From Octopus sinensis (Eukaryota): DNA of 64,000 bases. The number at the start of each line of letters is the position of its first letter. Position 1 is the first letter of the stretch. A program made the position numbers and the translations under genes. The notes below the pieces were generated by a model that had not been told where the DNA came from, made no database searches, and saw nothing but the letters and a program-made list of their open reading frames with translations. This document shows positions 26,977 to 41,470 of this stretch, piece by piece. The stretch is taken from the NCBI RefSeq assembly GCF_006345805.1, contig NC_043017.1:17608001-17672000 (forward strand), written 5' to 3'.

Positions 26977-27384
26977 CTCTTTTACTTGTTTCAGTCATTT
27001 GACTGCGGCCATGCTGGAGCACCGCCATTAGTCGAGCAAATCGACCCCAGGACTTATTCTTTATAAGCCTAATACTTATTCTATTGGTCTTTTTTGCCAA
27101 ACCGCTAAGTTACGGGGACGTAAACACACCAGCATCGGTTGTCAAGGGATGTTGGGGGGACAAACACAGACACACACACACATACATATGTATATATATA
27201 CATATATCCGACAGGCTTCTTTCAGTTACCGTCTACCAAATCCACTCACAAGGTTTTGGTCGGCCCGAGACTATAGTAGAAGACACTTGCCCAAGGTGCC
27301 ACACAGTGGGACTGAACCCGGAACCATGTGGTTGGTAAGCAAGCTACTTACCACACAGCCACTCCTGCGCCTATATATATATAT

Positions 27385-27435
<51 letters not shown>

Positions 27436-27436
27436 G

Positions 27437-28102
27437 ATGAGGTAGTATCAAGAAGTTCCCGGACTAGTTCTGTAGCACACCAACAGATGGTAGTAAATGG
27501 CTGTGTGTACACTGAGAGCTAGCAGTGACCTTCGTGAGGCAGTTTGCTTAGTGGTATCACTGAGTTTACTTCACAAGATGTGAAATTTGTTTTTCTGATC
27601 ATGTGTATGCTGTAGTCTGTGCTTTTGTCATGGACAGGAAGAGCTAATTTTGCATTAAATTTGGGAAGTCTCCTACAGAGACATGGAGCATTCTTCAAGC
27701 AAGCTTACAGCAATGAGGCAATGGGTTGTACTTAATGTTTTGAGTAGCACAAGCGCTTCAAATGCCCAAAAACATCCCTGGAAGACGATGAACGACCTGG
27801 AAGGCCTGCAATGAGTGTCACTCCTGGAAATGCATTGTGCATTGAGAATTTGTCTCCCCCACCTCCGGGACCAGCCCATCAATTGAGAGTTCTACTGTGA
27901 TGTACCAAAGTATCTGAGGGAAGACATTTGGCAAGAGCGACCAGATTTGTGGAACGCAAAGCATTGGCTTCTTCACAACGGCAATGCACCCTGTCACCAA
28001 GCTCTCCTCATTTGTGAGTTTCTCACCAAAAACATGGTATTACTTCCACACCTGCCCTATTTGCCACATTTAATACCTGCGGACATCCATCTCTTCCCCA
28101 AG
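27437..28102 (+). mobile_element. mariner (DD34D-like) transposase remnant
   Basis: mariner-like end gaggtagtatcaagaagttcccggac; WLLHNGNAPCHQA...LPHLPYLPHLIPADIHLFPK (degenerate HDNAP / YSPDLAP motifs). Confidence 0.8.
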
Positions 28103-28191
28103 ATAATAATAATAATAATAATGATGATAATAATAATGATGATGATAATAATGATGATGATAATAATAATGATGATGATAATAATATGATG

Positions 28192-28243
<52 letters not shown>

Positions 28244-28300
28244 TAATAATAATATAATAATAATAATAATAATGATAATGATGATAATAATGATATAGTT
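28103..28300. repeat. (AAT/GAT)n microsatellite
   Basis: Direct inspection. Confidence 0.95.
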
Positions 28301-28726
28301 ATATTTTATTTCCTGAGTCACTTATCCTACTTCAGGTCACGATTATACAGAAATGTATGCATGTGTGTCTATACAGCAGATATGTACTTAGTGAGTGTGC
28401 AAATTCATATCTGACTTGGATATACATAACAACACATACAAATGCGTATACACACACACTCACTAATTCAGACATATTCACCTACACACACACACACACA
28501 CACATGTACAGTGAACAAAAGCGTTATATACAGACTGTAGGGAATAGCCCGCCTACAAATGATTTACAAACATACACAAAAAATTATACAAGCACACATA
28601 CACACGCAACAACCCATTCACAAGCATACACACACACACAGCCCACTGACTATCACAGAAACATACCAATACACTTGATATAAACACACAAACAAGGTAA
28701 TAAAAATACACACACTTACACTTTAC

Positions 28727-28763
<37 letters not shown>

Positions 28764-28949
28764 ATATATCATACATACACACACACACACACACACAACA
28801 CAACAAACATATACAGTCATATATACACACACATTACAAACAAAAAGTTGAAGTTGTTGGTCAAGTGATAGTGTGACTCAGTTATGTGCTGTACTTAGGA
28901 AAACTGACACAACTAGATGTACAGGACGTGGTGAACAATGACATTCTCA

Positions 28950-29168
28950 TATCAGATATATGTGTGTATGTATGTGTCTCTATATGTATACATATACATG
29001 CACACATTACTATTCCTCTTTCTTATTCTGTATCCATTTAGTAATATATTCATGAGTGAGTGTGTGTGGGTATGCCTCAAGTATGCAACCATTATATATA
29101 ATATATATATATAATATATACATATATATAATATATATATACATATATATATACATACACACACACTC

Positions 29169-29199
<31 letters not shown>

Positions 29200-29650
29200 A
29201 CATACACACACACACTATATATATATATATATATATATCATACATACACACACACTCATATATATATATACATACATACATACACACACAACACACACAC
29301 ACATATATATACATACACACACACACACACTCATATATATATACATACACACATATATATATACAACACACACACACACATATATATATATACATACATA
29401 CACACACTATATATATAACATACATACACACACACATATATATATACATACATACACACACACCACATATATATACATACACACATATATATACATACAT
29501 ACACACACACACGCATCTATATATACATACATACACACACACACATATATATATATACATACATACACACACACACATATATATATATACATACATACAC
29601 ACACACACACATATATATATATATACATACACACACATATATATATATAT
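28950..29650. repeat. Compound (TA)n/(CA)n microsatellite
   Basis: Direct inspection; source of the long Y/I/V/C ORFs in the track. Confidence 0.95.
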
Positions 29651-29754
29651 GGCGTCATAAGAAAATCTGACTCAAAAAACACTGTTCGACCCATTTAAGC
29701 AAAAAAAAGTGAATGTTAAAATAAAGATGATACATGCAGATATAATCAGTGTAT

Positions 29755-29928
29755 GTGTGCCGGTGGCACGTAAAAAGCACCCACTACACTCTCAGAGTGG
29801 TTGGCGTTAGGAAGGGCATCCAGCTGTAGAAACACTGCCAATCAGACTGGAGCCTGGTGCAGCCTTCTGGCTTTCCAGATCCCTGGTCGAACAGTCCAAC
29901 CCATGCTAGCATGGAGAACGGACGTTAA

Positions 29929-29969
<41 letters not shown>

Positions 29970-29970
29970 A
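29755..29970 (+). mobile_element. SINE-like family C with ggacgttaaacgatgatgatg (ATG)n tail, representative copy
   Basis: Repeated ggcacgtaaaaagcaccc...ggaagggcatccagctgtag...(atg)n module. Copies at about 54-355, 10068-10250, 13871-13975(-), 14190-14409, 25100-25300(-), 30774-31010(-), 58800-58998, 60400-60555(-), 61770-62160, 63486-63630. Confidence 0.85.
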
Positions 29971-32900
29971 TATATATATTGATATATTGTTGATAGTGAC
30001 TTCAAAGTTAAGCTAAGTATAATATATTTGTAATCTACTAAAGTATAGAGTAACCCATCAGATTAAGGTAAAATTGTTTTATTGTAACTGAATGCAAAAA
30101 CAAACATTCATAATATATATATGAAAGAGAGAGAGAGAGAGAGAGAGAGAAATATGTGCATGTATACACACACACACACACACACATATGAATGTATGTA
30201 GGAGTATGTTTTATTTATGTACACATAGAAATACACAGAAACTTCTTATGCGTGTGTATATTTTTACTTGCTGGATGTAAGGGGCAGTGGGGCAGTACCC
30301 ATGCCCTTTGTACATCTTGTGAAGTGAAAACGATACCATTAGTGTTCTACTTAAACTACTAAAAAAAAAACCAAGAGCTGCAGGAAAGACATAAGTGAAG
30401 AGCAAGCGAGTGAGTTCTAGAGGGATGGCATTCTGGAGAGGAAGGACTGGAGATAGAGATAAATTGAGACCTGGAAGGTTGTACAAAAGTTAAGAGTGCC
30501 TGACTGGAGATGACATTACATCTGCTAACTCTGAGAAGCAGAGGCCATTATAGGAGAGGTAGAGAAACTAGTGAAGAATCTGGTAAAAGTATGTCTGTGC
30601 CTTTTTTATGGCAAGTCACCTTTCTGTGGCTAGGGTACAATATCTGTGTGTAAAACTATTGCACTGCCTCTGGTGTGTGAGCAATGTTCTATTGTAGGGT
30701 TCACGTGAACTTGGTAGAATGTTACTAAGTGTTGACAGTGAGAAGAGAACAAGCAGTCTTTGAGATGTTATATCATCATCATCGTTTAACGTCCGGTTTC
30801 CATGCTAGCATGGGTTGGACTGTTCGACCAGGGTCTGGGAAGCCAGGAGGCTGCACCAGGCCCCAGTCTGATCTGGCAGTGTTTCTACAGCTGGATGCCC
30901 TTCCTGATGCCAACCACTCCGTGAGTGTAGTGGGTGCTTTTTACGTGCCATTGGCACAGGTGCCAGGGAAAGCTGGCAACGGCCACGATCGGTTGGTGCT
31001 TTTATATACACCATAAGTCCAGCAACTGAATAAAACTCTAAACTTATTCAATGTTATTTTTTTCCCCCCCAATAATGATGATAACGATGACTGCTATTAA
31101 TATCTTACAAAAAAATTGTTTCACATCCAAATCACAACAGAAAGAAAAAACTGTTTTTGATTTTGTGTCAATCTTATTATTTTTATTTTAATGTTCTTGA
31201 CATGATTTTTTGTTCTGTTGAATGATTCACAGATCTATGTTTTTCATGCGAGAATAATTGTGTGTATTTCTCACAGAAAGAGGAAGAGACACGCAATGGC
31301 CAGAATTCTTTCAAATATTTATACAAAAAGATATAAAAAAGCAAAAACACTTAGCCACAATTTATACAATATGTAGACACTTTGGTTGGATATATCTTCT
31401 CTCCAAGGTTGTGCCGCCTAAGTAGGCAAAGTAGGCAGTGCCTACCTTGAATAAAATAGATCGATAGCAACATTTTCCTTTCATGGCAAAATATGCACCT
31501 AATTCAATAAAATTATGAAGGTTAATCTGATTACTATGCATAAAATGCAAAATATTCCTTTTTTTTTTGTATATTAGGTAGGTGTAATTTGTTCCTGCCT
31601 TTAAATCCCAGTATTTAAGCTGTGCATAGTACTGCTGCAGTACACATGCTGTGTGCACTCCTAAAACACCGTTTTCTGTACGTACTATAAAAGCAGAAGT
31701 AAATCTGCCTTCAACTCAGTCACATGCCTATGTTTTGCTTATTTTTCGTGTTTTTACTACGTAAAGGTCACCAACTGCCTGCCTGAGTAATTACTGACAG
31801 CACATGTCTGCTTTTATCTGTTTCAATCATTAGACTGTGGCCATACTGAATAAATTTTTGGTGAATGAATCGAGCCAAGTATTTGTTTTCTTTTAAGCTT
31901 GCTACTTACTCTATCAATTCCATTTTGCTGAACCACTGATGGGGGAGGGGCAATTTTTGTGAAAAAAAAAGTTTTGAAAATTCTAGAAATTCCTTAACAT
32001 CCCACAACCAGATCGATTTCGGCCAATTTTTTTTAAAGCTTAAAAACCATGGGAGGAGCCTTTTTGGTAAAAAAATAAAATAAAATTATAAATATTTTCA
32101 GAGGAAAAGGTGTATGATTCAAGGGAGATTCGGTTAGTGTTTCTAGCACATCCCAAACCACCCCCCATTTTCACTCTTATATGTATTGATGCTTTCTCAA
32201 TATTTCTGTCCCATTAAACATATTTTATGGAATAATTTACCCCCACCTCAATCAGAAAAGTATGCTATTAAAAGAGGAAATGATGTGCACCAATGTTGGT
32301 CAGAGATCTATAAGAGAGGGTCATGTGTGGGGACACATTTCATCAAAGTTCTCAATGTTCAGAGCAGACTTGGGACAAAACAAGAAGAATTTAGAACTAC
32401 ATTCTCTATCATGACCTTCTTTAAAATGGTGAGGAGTGCTTTGGCTGTTTATTTCTAGCAGGTGCCAAAGTGTGTTGTGCTGTGGTTAGTGTGTAAGGTG
32501 GTGAGCTGGCAGAAATATTAGCATGCCAGGCGAAATGCTTAGCGGTATTTCATCTGTCTTTACGTTCTGAGTTCAAATTCTGCTGAGGTCAACTTTGCTT
32601 TCATCCTTTTGGGGTCGATAAATTAAGTACCAGTTATGCACTGGGGTCGATGTAATTGACTTAATACCTATGTCTGTCCTTGTTTGTCCCCTCTATGTTT
32701 AGCCCCTTGTGGGTAATAAAGAAATAGGTTAGTGTGTAAGAGTGTGTGTGTGTGTGTGCAATCAATGTACATGATGTCTGTTTGTGTGTGTAGCATATGT
32801 GTGTGTGCATGTGTGTGTATGTAGTGTATGTGTGCATGTGCACATGCAGTGTGTGTGTGCATATGTAGTGTGTGCACAAGAAGAATAAGTGGCCCATATG

Positions 32901-33167
32901 GTCACTAAAAATAGTAACCAAATCACATCACAAATTGCACCATCTTGAAAAAAAAGGAAGGATACATCAACTAATGGAATTCTAGACACACAAACTGGAT
33001 ATTCACAGCTGAAGCAACTTTGATTATAGGTTCATTTGCTCAATCAACCTGTATGGCAACTGCATATATATATGCATGTATGTAAAAGTAAAAAAATACA
33101 AACTGGGACAAGAACGTGAAACATTTAGAAGATGATATAAAAAACACGGACGGGACATTCGAAGCCT

Positions 33168-33208
33168 TCAATCTTCAGTCAAGAACCGGATCATCTTCGC
33201 AATTTCAG
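33168..33208 (-). CDS. Candidate terminal exon of an unidentified minus-strand gene, (A)EIAKMIRFLTED*
   Basis: Strong acceptor ctctctgtctctttgtattaatcag; the phase-1 frame continues the open frame of exon 34780-34929. Confidence 0.4.
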
Positions 33209-34021
33209 CTGATTAATACAAAGAGACAGAGAGAGAGAGAGACATACACACACACACACAGTGATGAATGCCACAATATCATCATTCATTGGAAAAAACA
33301 CTGAACAATGATTACTGAAATAGTATTCATTAATAGTAGTGCTCCAACATGACCAAAACCAATTCCCTAAGAAGATATAAAAGGTTAATTGCATGAAGAC
33401 TTCAGAAGTTGTTGTTGGAACTGTTTATCCCAAAGCTAATCCTACTCAAGTGACAGAACTCATATCAAAGGCATTCCAACCTGCCTGAGAATAGATATAG
33501 AATTACATCATCCAACAAGTCTTTCCTTTCTATTAACATGATAGGGTATGATTTTGAGGGATATTTGGCCGTTATTTTTAGCAGGTCAAGCAACAACAGA
33601 GAGGCTCCTTCCCTGACATGCTTACTTGGTTATCTTGACTTTGGCAATAAGTTAGATATACTTCAATCATTTAAACATGAAAGGAAGTTTGAAACTTTTT
33701 AATATGATCCACACCTAAAAACTTACAATCAGTCAGTTCTGCTTGAGTGAACCTACAAAGCTGATGGCAGACAGAGCTGATTAAATACCTAGTTCAGTTA
33801 TTAAACCGTCTCACACCAACAGGTGATTACAGGTGACAGCAGAGAAATCTTCCTGTTTGTATCTTTATTTTATTAACTCCAGAAGGATGTAAGGCAAAGG
33901 ATTTGAACTCAGAACACAAAGACCAATAAGGGTGGATTTTCAAACTGAAAATGTAAGGGAGTGAAAAAGATGCTGTAAGACATAGGTCAGGGGTCTCAAA
34001 CTGATAAGTATCACTCTCCAA

Positions 34022-34438
34022 GGATCTTTTCGGTTTGAACGGCAGTTTTTTCTAGCAGTGTCATATGAAATTGTCACCCATAAGTATGACCCTAGTATCG
34101 ATCTATTGCATTTCAATCTGTTTTAGGGTTAGGGTTAGGGGTGGGGGGAAGGGTATCTTTTTTTTTTTCACAAATGTAAATAACCCCAATCTGTTTCTTA
34201 AACGAGGGACATATTCATTACAGCACAGAATGTTTTCACCTCAATAGACGTCATTGATTGGTTGAAATTGCAGAAATTGAAGGAAAAAAAAAACATATCT
34301 TACAAACTATAGAATTTTCTCAATAAAGCCAAGAGAAAAAGATGTTTTATAAACACATTCTACCAGTATACAAAGTTTAAAATTTTTTAGTTACGTGGAA
34401 ATTGTTTTAAAAAACTGCCGGTCAAACCGAAAAGATCC
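34022..34438. mobile_element. MITE with GG..CC ends and 8-bp TSD (Merlin- or hAT-like), internal TTAGGG repeats
   Basis: TIR ggatcttttcggtttgaacggcagtttttt / aaaaaactgccggtcaaaccgaaaagatcc; TSD ctctccaa at 34014-34021 and 34439-34446. Confidence 0.9.
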
Positions 34439-34779
34439 CTCTCCAATCCCCTTCTGCTCATGCTAAAAAAAGAAAAGAAAAGAAAGAAAATGAAGTGAAA
34501 TTCTTCTGCTCCTCTTCTTCATTAATGAGATGAAATAAACAAACCCCTAAGATGCTCTGCCCTAAGCAGAAACTGCAGAAGCTACTTAAAGAGGTTACAA
34601 GTTAGCTCTTTTGTCTATGTTTGAAATGTTTCTGTGTGTTCAGTGGATAACTCAGGGTCACAAGCATTTCACCCCTTAGCCTGAATGCTTTAACTGAGAA
34701 GGACAATGTGGACAGAGAGAAGTGTTCCACCAAGAGAAATGTTTGCTCAGAAATCTATTATCAACCACAACTGACTTAC

Positions 34780-34929
34780 CGGCAATCTCCTTCAGTTGTT
34801 TGGCCTTCAATCTACTACTATAAGAAACAGAATGTTGATCTTGCTGGGCAACTGCAGCAGCCAACTTTGATTGGGAATGAGGGTGTGTGCCATTTTTTGA
34901 CAAGAGCCTTGTCAACCAAGTCCTTGTAT
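34780..34929 (-). CDS. Candidate 150-nt exon, product unknown
   Basis: Acceptor ctgtctgtctgcttagtcag, consensus donor G|gtaagt. Phase-1 frame fully open (TRTWLTRLLSKNG...KQLKEIA); phase-2 frame YKDLVDKALVKKWHTPSFPIKVGCCSCPARSTFCFL*. Confidence 0.5.
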
Positions 34930-35662
34930 CTGACTAAGCAGACAGACAGGTAAGCACAGAGAGATAGGGTAAATAAATAGACAGCTAACCAGTTAGACAT
35001 AGATAAATAAACAAATAGTAATATATAAAGTTATATAAACACATACAGTTAGACAGTGGTAGACAGACAGAGTGACTAACAGACAGACAAGCTGATAGAT
35101 AAAGAGAGAGAGAGAGAGAGACAGAGAGAGAGAAATAATTGTAATATTAATTTAGTTACCTTTAAAGGTGATAGTAATACAAATGAAGTGTTCTGTTTTA
35201 GATACGAAACTAAACTAGATAATAGAGAATAGAAAGAGAAAGGACTTGGGACTCTAATGACAGTCGCAACAGATGGGGCTGATGTCATTGGTGGAGGTGG
35301 GTGAGCTCTTTCCCCACCATCACCACCACCACCACTGCAACAACAGGTAGGAGATATGACATGGTGTCAAGTTTAAAGCTACTTTCTATGACTTGACGTG
35401 ACTTCATATATGAGAGTTGGATGAGAAAGACTACATGCAAGTTCACATGGTTTAGCATATTTTAAAGACACCGATTTTCAAATGCTGCCGCGAGGAGGAA
35501 AAAACTAACCTTGCTACTTATTCACACATACTCAACAACCAAGCAACCAAGCAAGCAACCAGCCAGCCAGCCAGCCAGCCAACAGACCACTTTGAACCCA
35601 CGCAAGCTGGCAGTTCCATATGACAGACAGCACCTGTCAAACACACTAAATAAGTAACATAC

Positions 35663-35729
35663 TGTTTATGTTTGGAGAGAATGAAATTGGTTGTGCCAAA
35701 ATCTTTTCTTGTCCAAACTAGTTTGAAAT
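35663..35729 (-). CDS. Candidate 67-nt exon (DFKLVWTRKDFGTTNFILSKHKQ)
   Basis: Acceptor tttggtttaatag, donor CA|gtatgt; only one frame is fully open. Confidence 0.3.
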
Positions 35730-36069
35730 CTATTAAACCAAATTTTATTTTCATTTATACAGGGGTGGGCAAAAGTAGGTATACAGTGGCTTAATATATA
35801 TATGAATGGAATGTCAAGTGGCACAAGCTAGGCAGAATCGTTAGCATAGTGGGGGAAAAAATGCTTAGTGGCATTGTTTCAGTCATTTGATTGCAGCCAT
35901 GCTGGAGCGCAGCCTTGAAGGGACAGTCAAATAAATCAACCCCAGGACTATTTTCTGAAAGTCCAGTACTTATTCTATCAGTTCTTTTTGCTGAACTGCT
36001 AAGTTAGAAGGATGTAAACACACCAGTACTGGTGGTCATGCAGTGATGGGAGGACAAACACAGACACAA

Positions 36070-36357
36070 TGGCACACACATATACATACATACATACATA
36101 TATACATACATACACATATATATACACACACACACACATATATATATATACACATATACACATATATATATACACACACACACATATATATATACACACA
36201 CACATATATATATACACACACACATATATACACACACACACACATATATACACACACACATATACACACACACATATATATACACACACACACACACATA
36301 TATACACACACACACATATACACACACACATATATATATACACACACACACACACAC

Positions 36358-36392
<35 letters not shown>
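36070..36392. repeat. Compound (TA)n(CA)n microsatellite inside a family B SINE
   Basis: Direct inspection. Confidence 0.9.
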
Positions 36393-36699
36393 TAACGGGC
36401 TTCTTTCGGTTTCTGTCTACCAAATCCACTCACAAGATTTTGGTTGGCCCATAGCAGAAGACACTTGTCCAAGGTGCCACACAGTAGGACTGAACCATGT
36501 GGTTGAGAAGTATGCTTCTTACCACACAGCCATGCCTGTGCCTGTATAAAATCATAATCCTCATAATTTAACATCTACTTTTCCATGCTTGCATAGGTCA
36601 CATGCAATTTGCTGTGGCAGATTTTGTACCGTTGGATGCTTTTCTGTTGCCAACCCTCATTGTTTCTAAAGAAGGTAATATTTCCCAACGACCAGGCAT

Positions 36700-36945
36700 T
36701 TTCATGGTGGGCTGGAAGTGAATTTCACTTGTATTACAATGATGCTGGAGATGGACATCATGCTCAGAATGGTCAGTGGCAAGAGAGGAAGAGGCCGACC
36801 AAGAACCCGCTGGCTTGACACCATCAAGAGTGATACCGGAATGGACATAGCCAATCTGAAAGAAGCGGCCCAGGATAGAACTGACTGGAGGACACTGATC
36901 CAATGAGTAACTGAGAGTTGACTTCGACTGAGCGGATAGATAGAT
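36700..36945 (+). mobile_element. RTE-clade LINE 3' end
   Basis: MVSGKRGRGRPRTRWLDTIKSDTG...AAQDRTDWR motif. Confidence 0.85.
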
Positions 36946-38201
36946 AGACAATGATGCTTATTTACAACTATCACATGATGTCAAGACAAGAGTACACACA
37001 AACACACACACACACACACATATATATGGTGGGCTTCTTTCAGTTTCCACCAACCACACCCACATCCAAGGTTTCACCCAACCCAGTACCATAGTAGAAG
37101 ATACTTGCACAAGGTGGAACAGAGTGGCACTGAACTCAAAACCACAGAGGTGTGAACAAAACTTCTTAACCACACAACCAAGTCTATACTGCTTATTTCT
37201 TTATTGCCCACAGGGGGCTAAACAAAGAGGGGACAAACAAGGACAGACAAACGAATTAAGTGGATTACATCGACCCCAGTGCATAACTGGCACTTAATTT
37301 ATCGACCCCAAAAGGATGAAAGGCAAAGTCGACCCTTGCTATCATCACCATAATCCTTTAACGTCTGTTTTCTATTCTGGCATGGGTTGGTCTGTTTGAA
37401 TGAAGCTGGCAAGCTAGGAAGTTGCACCAGGTTCCGGTCTGATTTGGCTTAGTTTCCATAGCTGGATGCCCTTTCTAATGCCAACCATTTTACACATGTG
37501 GTAGGTGCTTTTAGTGTGCCACAGACCTGAGTGTTGTTACATGGCACTGGTAGAAGTACTCTCAATGTGACAATAACACAAATACTTTTTACAAGGCACT
37601 GACTCAATCAGGCCAATACTCTTCGGTTGTGGAAGATGGGTCTTCTTGAGTGTATCAAAAGATATTTGTATTAACAGTCATCGCTAATTAGTTATTTTAA
37701 TTTCTGGATGCCGTTGGGCTTTAATAATATTTGAAAATTTCCGTGAGTTAGTTAAAACAGTCAGCAGGCTTGTGATTAAAGAGAACAATAGTGGTATTGA
37801 GTTCTGAAATGGCTTCCAGCTGTAAATGCAAACTAAGACAATAGCAATAGAATATAAATGATCTTAGCAACAACAGAAAGATTTATGGGATTATAGTTAA
37901 AGAGAGAATAGCAAGTGGTTGGATGAGGTGTGAGGAAGGATAGTAGCACATACTTGAAAATGCATCTCTCTTTCTCTCTCTCTCTCTTTCTCTTTCATTG
38001 TATTCTCTCTATGATAGCACTGCATTTAAATTTTAAGGTAAGCACAGCAGGTATGGCTGAGTGGTTAAGATGTTTGCTTCCCAACCACATGGCTCCAGGT
38101 TCAGTCCCACTGCTTGGCATCTTCAGTAAGTGTCTACTGGTATAGCTCCGGATTGACCAAAGCCTTGTGAGTGGAGTCAGTAGACAGAAACCACAATAAA
38201 C

Positions 38202-38204
<3 letters not shown>

Positions 38205-38236
<32 letters not shown>

Positions 38237-38660
38237 AATTATTGTACACAGTGCTCAGGTGCACCACAACTTGTCAAAAGTGCATATAAAGCATATGCAG
38301 TAATGTACAAATGTCTGGAAAGCGAACAGTGTATGAGTCAGATACATGCTTGTGTGTGTATGGAGGGGAGAAAATCAGGTGTAGTGTTGGCGAATCTCAA
38401 GAAGCATGGAAGTTTTGAAGGACGCGGTGCTCCGACAACTAACAACTGATGCCAGCAGTTTGTTCCATGCTTCAGCAACTCTTAGCGTGAAAAAATGTTT
38501 CCAAAAGTCATGGGAGCTGTGCTGTTTTCTGACTTTGTAAACATGCCCACGGGTGTTAGACAGGTGGAGTTTGAAAAGGTGCTCAGAGTTATTGTTTGTA
38601 AGATGGTTAATAATTTTATGGGTGTCTGCCAAGTGAGCTGCCAGACGTCAGAGTTTCAAT
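38205..38660 (-). mobile_element. CR1-like LINE 3' end
   Basis: TRGHVYKVRKQHSSHDFWKHFFTLRVAEAWNKL. Confidence 0.85.
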
Positions 38661-39330
38661 GTGTCCATGCCCAGAGAAGTAAGGCGTTCAGAATATGGCA
38701 AATGCCTGATGGAGGGTATTCTCTTTTTATTTTTTTTATTTGTTTCAGCCATTTAACTGTGGCTGTACTGGAGCAACACCTTTAAGTTGAGCAAATCAAC
38801 CCCAGGACTTATTCTTTGTAAGCCTAGTACATATTATATTAGCTGCTTTTGCTGAACCACTAAGTTACAGGGACATAAACACACCAACATCAGTTGTCAA
38901 TCGACGGCAGTGGAGAACACAGACACACAAACATATACATATATCACAGGCTTATTTCAGTTTCTCTCTACCAAATCCACTCACAAGGCTTTGGTCAGCC
39001 CAAGGCTATAGCAGAAGACACTTGCTGAAGGTGCCATGCAGTGGGATCGAAAATGGGACCATGTAGTTTGTAAGCAAGCTACTTACCACATAGCCACTCC
39101 TGCACCTATAAAAAATGCTTGTCAAAAGGGGATACTAACCTATGCCCACATTCATGGACCAGATATATATATATACACATACACACAAATATACATCAAT
39201 ATATATATGGTGGTTGTCTACCTCCATAAACAGAGTCTGACCACCTCTTGTACCTACACCTTAAATTCATGATGGCATCTGATGTGGCTTTTTAAACCAG
39301 AGAATGTATTGAAAAGGCACCCACATAGAT

Positions 39331-39390
<60 letters not shown>

Positions 39391-39537
39391 TATTTACACA
39401 CATAATATATATATATATACATACACACACATATTTACACACATAATATATATATACATACACACACACACACACATATTTACACACATAATATATATAT
39501 ATATACATACACACACACACATATATTTACACACATA

Positions 39538-39617
<80 letters not shown>

Positions 39618-40316
39618 GTGCATATGTGTGTACCTATGTGTGTGCACTTTGTGTATTATCTCCACATCTTAATTAAAAATACCTCATTGATGAATACTGA
39701 CCAAAGAAATTCTTTGGGATTTTTTTTTTATTGTTTCATATTTGTTTTACATCCATTTCTGCATATCTGTTATGAGCAGGCAGGGTGGTGGAGTTTGTTA
39801 GAAAATGGATGACTTTTCAATTGATGTCCATTCAGCCGTGAAGGTGGGAATAGACCTGAGAAGTAGAACTTGTTTATTTACGTAGTCCCTCAGTCTGTAG
39901 CAGGGATCAACAAATACTTCTTGCAATAGCGTTTAGCTTTTATTTATTTCAGTCATTGATCATTGGAATGCGGCTACACTGCAGCACTGCTTTAGAGGAT
40001 TTTAGTCAAACAGATCGACCCAAAATATATCTGCCTACGAGTCTCTTTTGCTGAACTGCTAAGTTATAGAGGACGTAAACAAACTGACATTGGTTGTCAG
40101 GCAGTGGGGTGGAGTGAGATAAGCATAGGATCAAAGAGACACACAAACATACATACATATATATACATCTAATATAGGATAAAATTTTTCGAAAAAAATT
40201 TTATCAATGGCCAGCATATTAAAAAATACCTTTAAAGGATAAATTTATAAACAACTTATAAACAAGGGCAAAAGAAAAAAATTCTAATGCCAAATATGTT
40301 GTTATATAAGTTGTTT

Positions 40317-40352
<36 letters not shown>

Positions 40353-40560
40353 CCTTTCTACTCTGGGCACAAGGCCCAAAATTTTGGGGAGTGGGGACAG
40401 TTGATTAAATTGACCCCAGTATGTAACTGACAATTTATCGACCCTGAAAGGAAGGCAAAGTCAACCTCGGTGGAATTTGAACTCAAAATGCAAAGACAGA
40501 CGAAATACTGCTAAGCATTTTGCCCGGTGTGCTAATGTTTCTGCTAGCTCGCCTTTATAC

Positions 40561-40593
<33 letters not shown>

Positions 40594-40855
40594 GACCTTA
40601 GGTTTCTGGGTGGTCACCCATTCTCAGTGTGAGATAATCACAAGATAGTGCCGAGAGCTCTCTCCACTTCCAAATGCTATATATTCTATAAGTGACACTT
40701 ATAAACATTACTAATCGGTACTGTTACTGTATATATCTCACTCAGAGATTTAAAACAAATAATAAATTTGTACTCCACAAAAGTATAGAATAACCTATCA
40801 GATTAACATAGTTATAAATTATTCTTACTATAACTGAACATAAAAACAAACATTA

Positions 40856-40891
<36 letters not shown>

Positions 40892-41154
40892 GATGACTTG
40901 CATATTTATTCTTTATACATTCTCACAGAGTCAAATGTCAAATATGCTGTTCACTGTTGTGCAAGTCACAAGAACAACATCTCCCTTTTCCAATGACAGT
41001 GTATTCATAAGACTCAGTTCACGAATCTTTCAACATGTGTTGCATCAACCAGAATTCCTTGCACCAATGAGCTGAATGCGTTATGAATGCATTGCCATCA
41101 TAAAAACAAGTTGGTTTTCTATGATATACACAGCAGCAATTAACATATTTTGCA

Positions 41155-41470
41155 TTTGTATCTGCTGAGACCCCCTTTGGTCATGACTGACCATAGGATT
41201 GCACCTAGAAAGTTACTCTCTCAGGCACAAGTCCAGGCAAGGTTGTTTTATGGAAGACCAGCCTCCCCTCTCCATGCCACCAGTGTTATCCAAGGGAAAG
41301 GCAAAGGGGCTGATACAGCTTGGCACCTGTGACGTCGCAACTCATTTCTACAGCTGAGTGAACTGGAGCAACATGAAATAAAGTGTTTTGCTCAAGAACA
41401 CAACATGCAGCCCAGTCCAGGATTCGAACTCAGAACCTCATGATCATAAGCTCGACACTCTAACACATGC
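41155..41470 (-). mobile_element. SINE family E
   Basis: Matches 60570-60820 (ggattgcacc...caagggaaaggcaaagg...ctcatttctacagctgagtgaactggagcaac); tRNA-like head on the minus strand. Confidence 0.7.

Noticed and set aside
28952-29694. Long Y/I/V/C/H/T-rich ORFs here and at 12.7k, 17.7k, 18.8k, 36.0-36.5k, 56.7k and 62.1k
   Set aside because: They are translations of (TA)n/(CA)n microsatellites.
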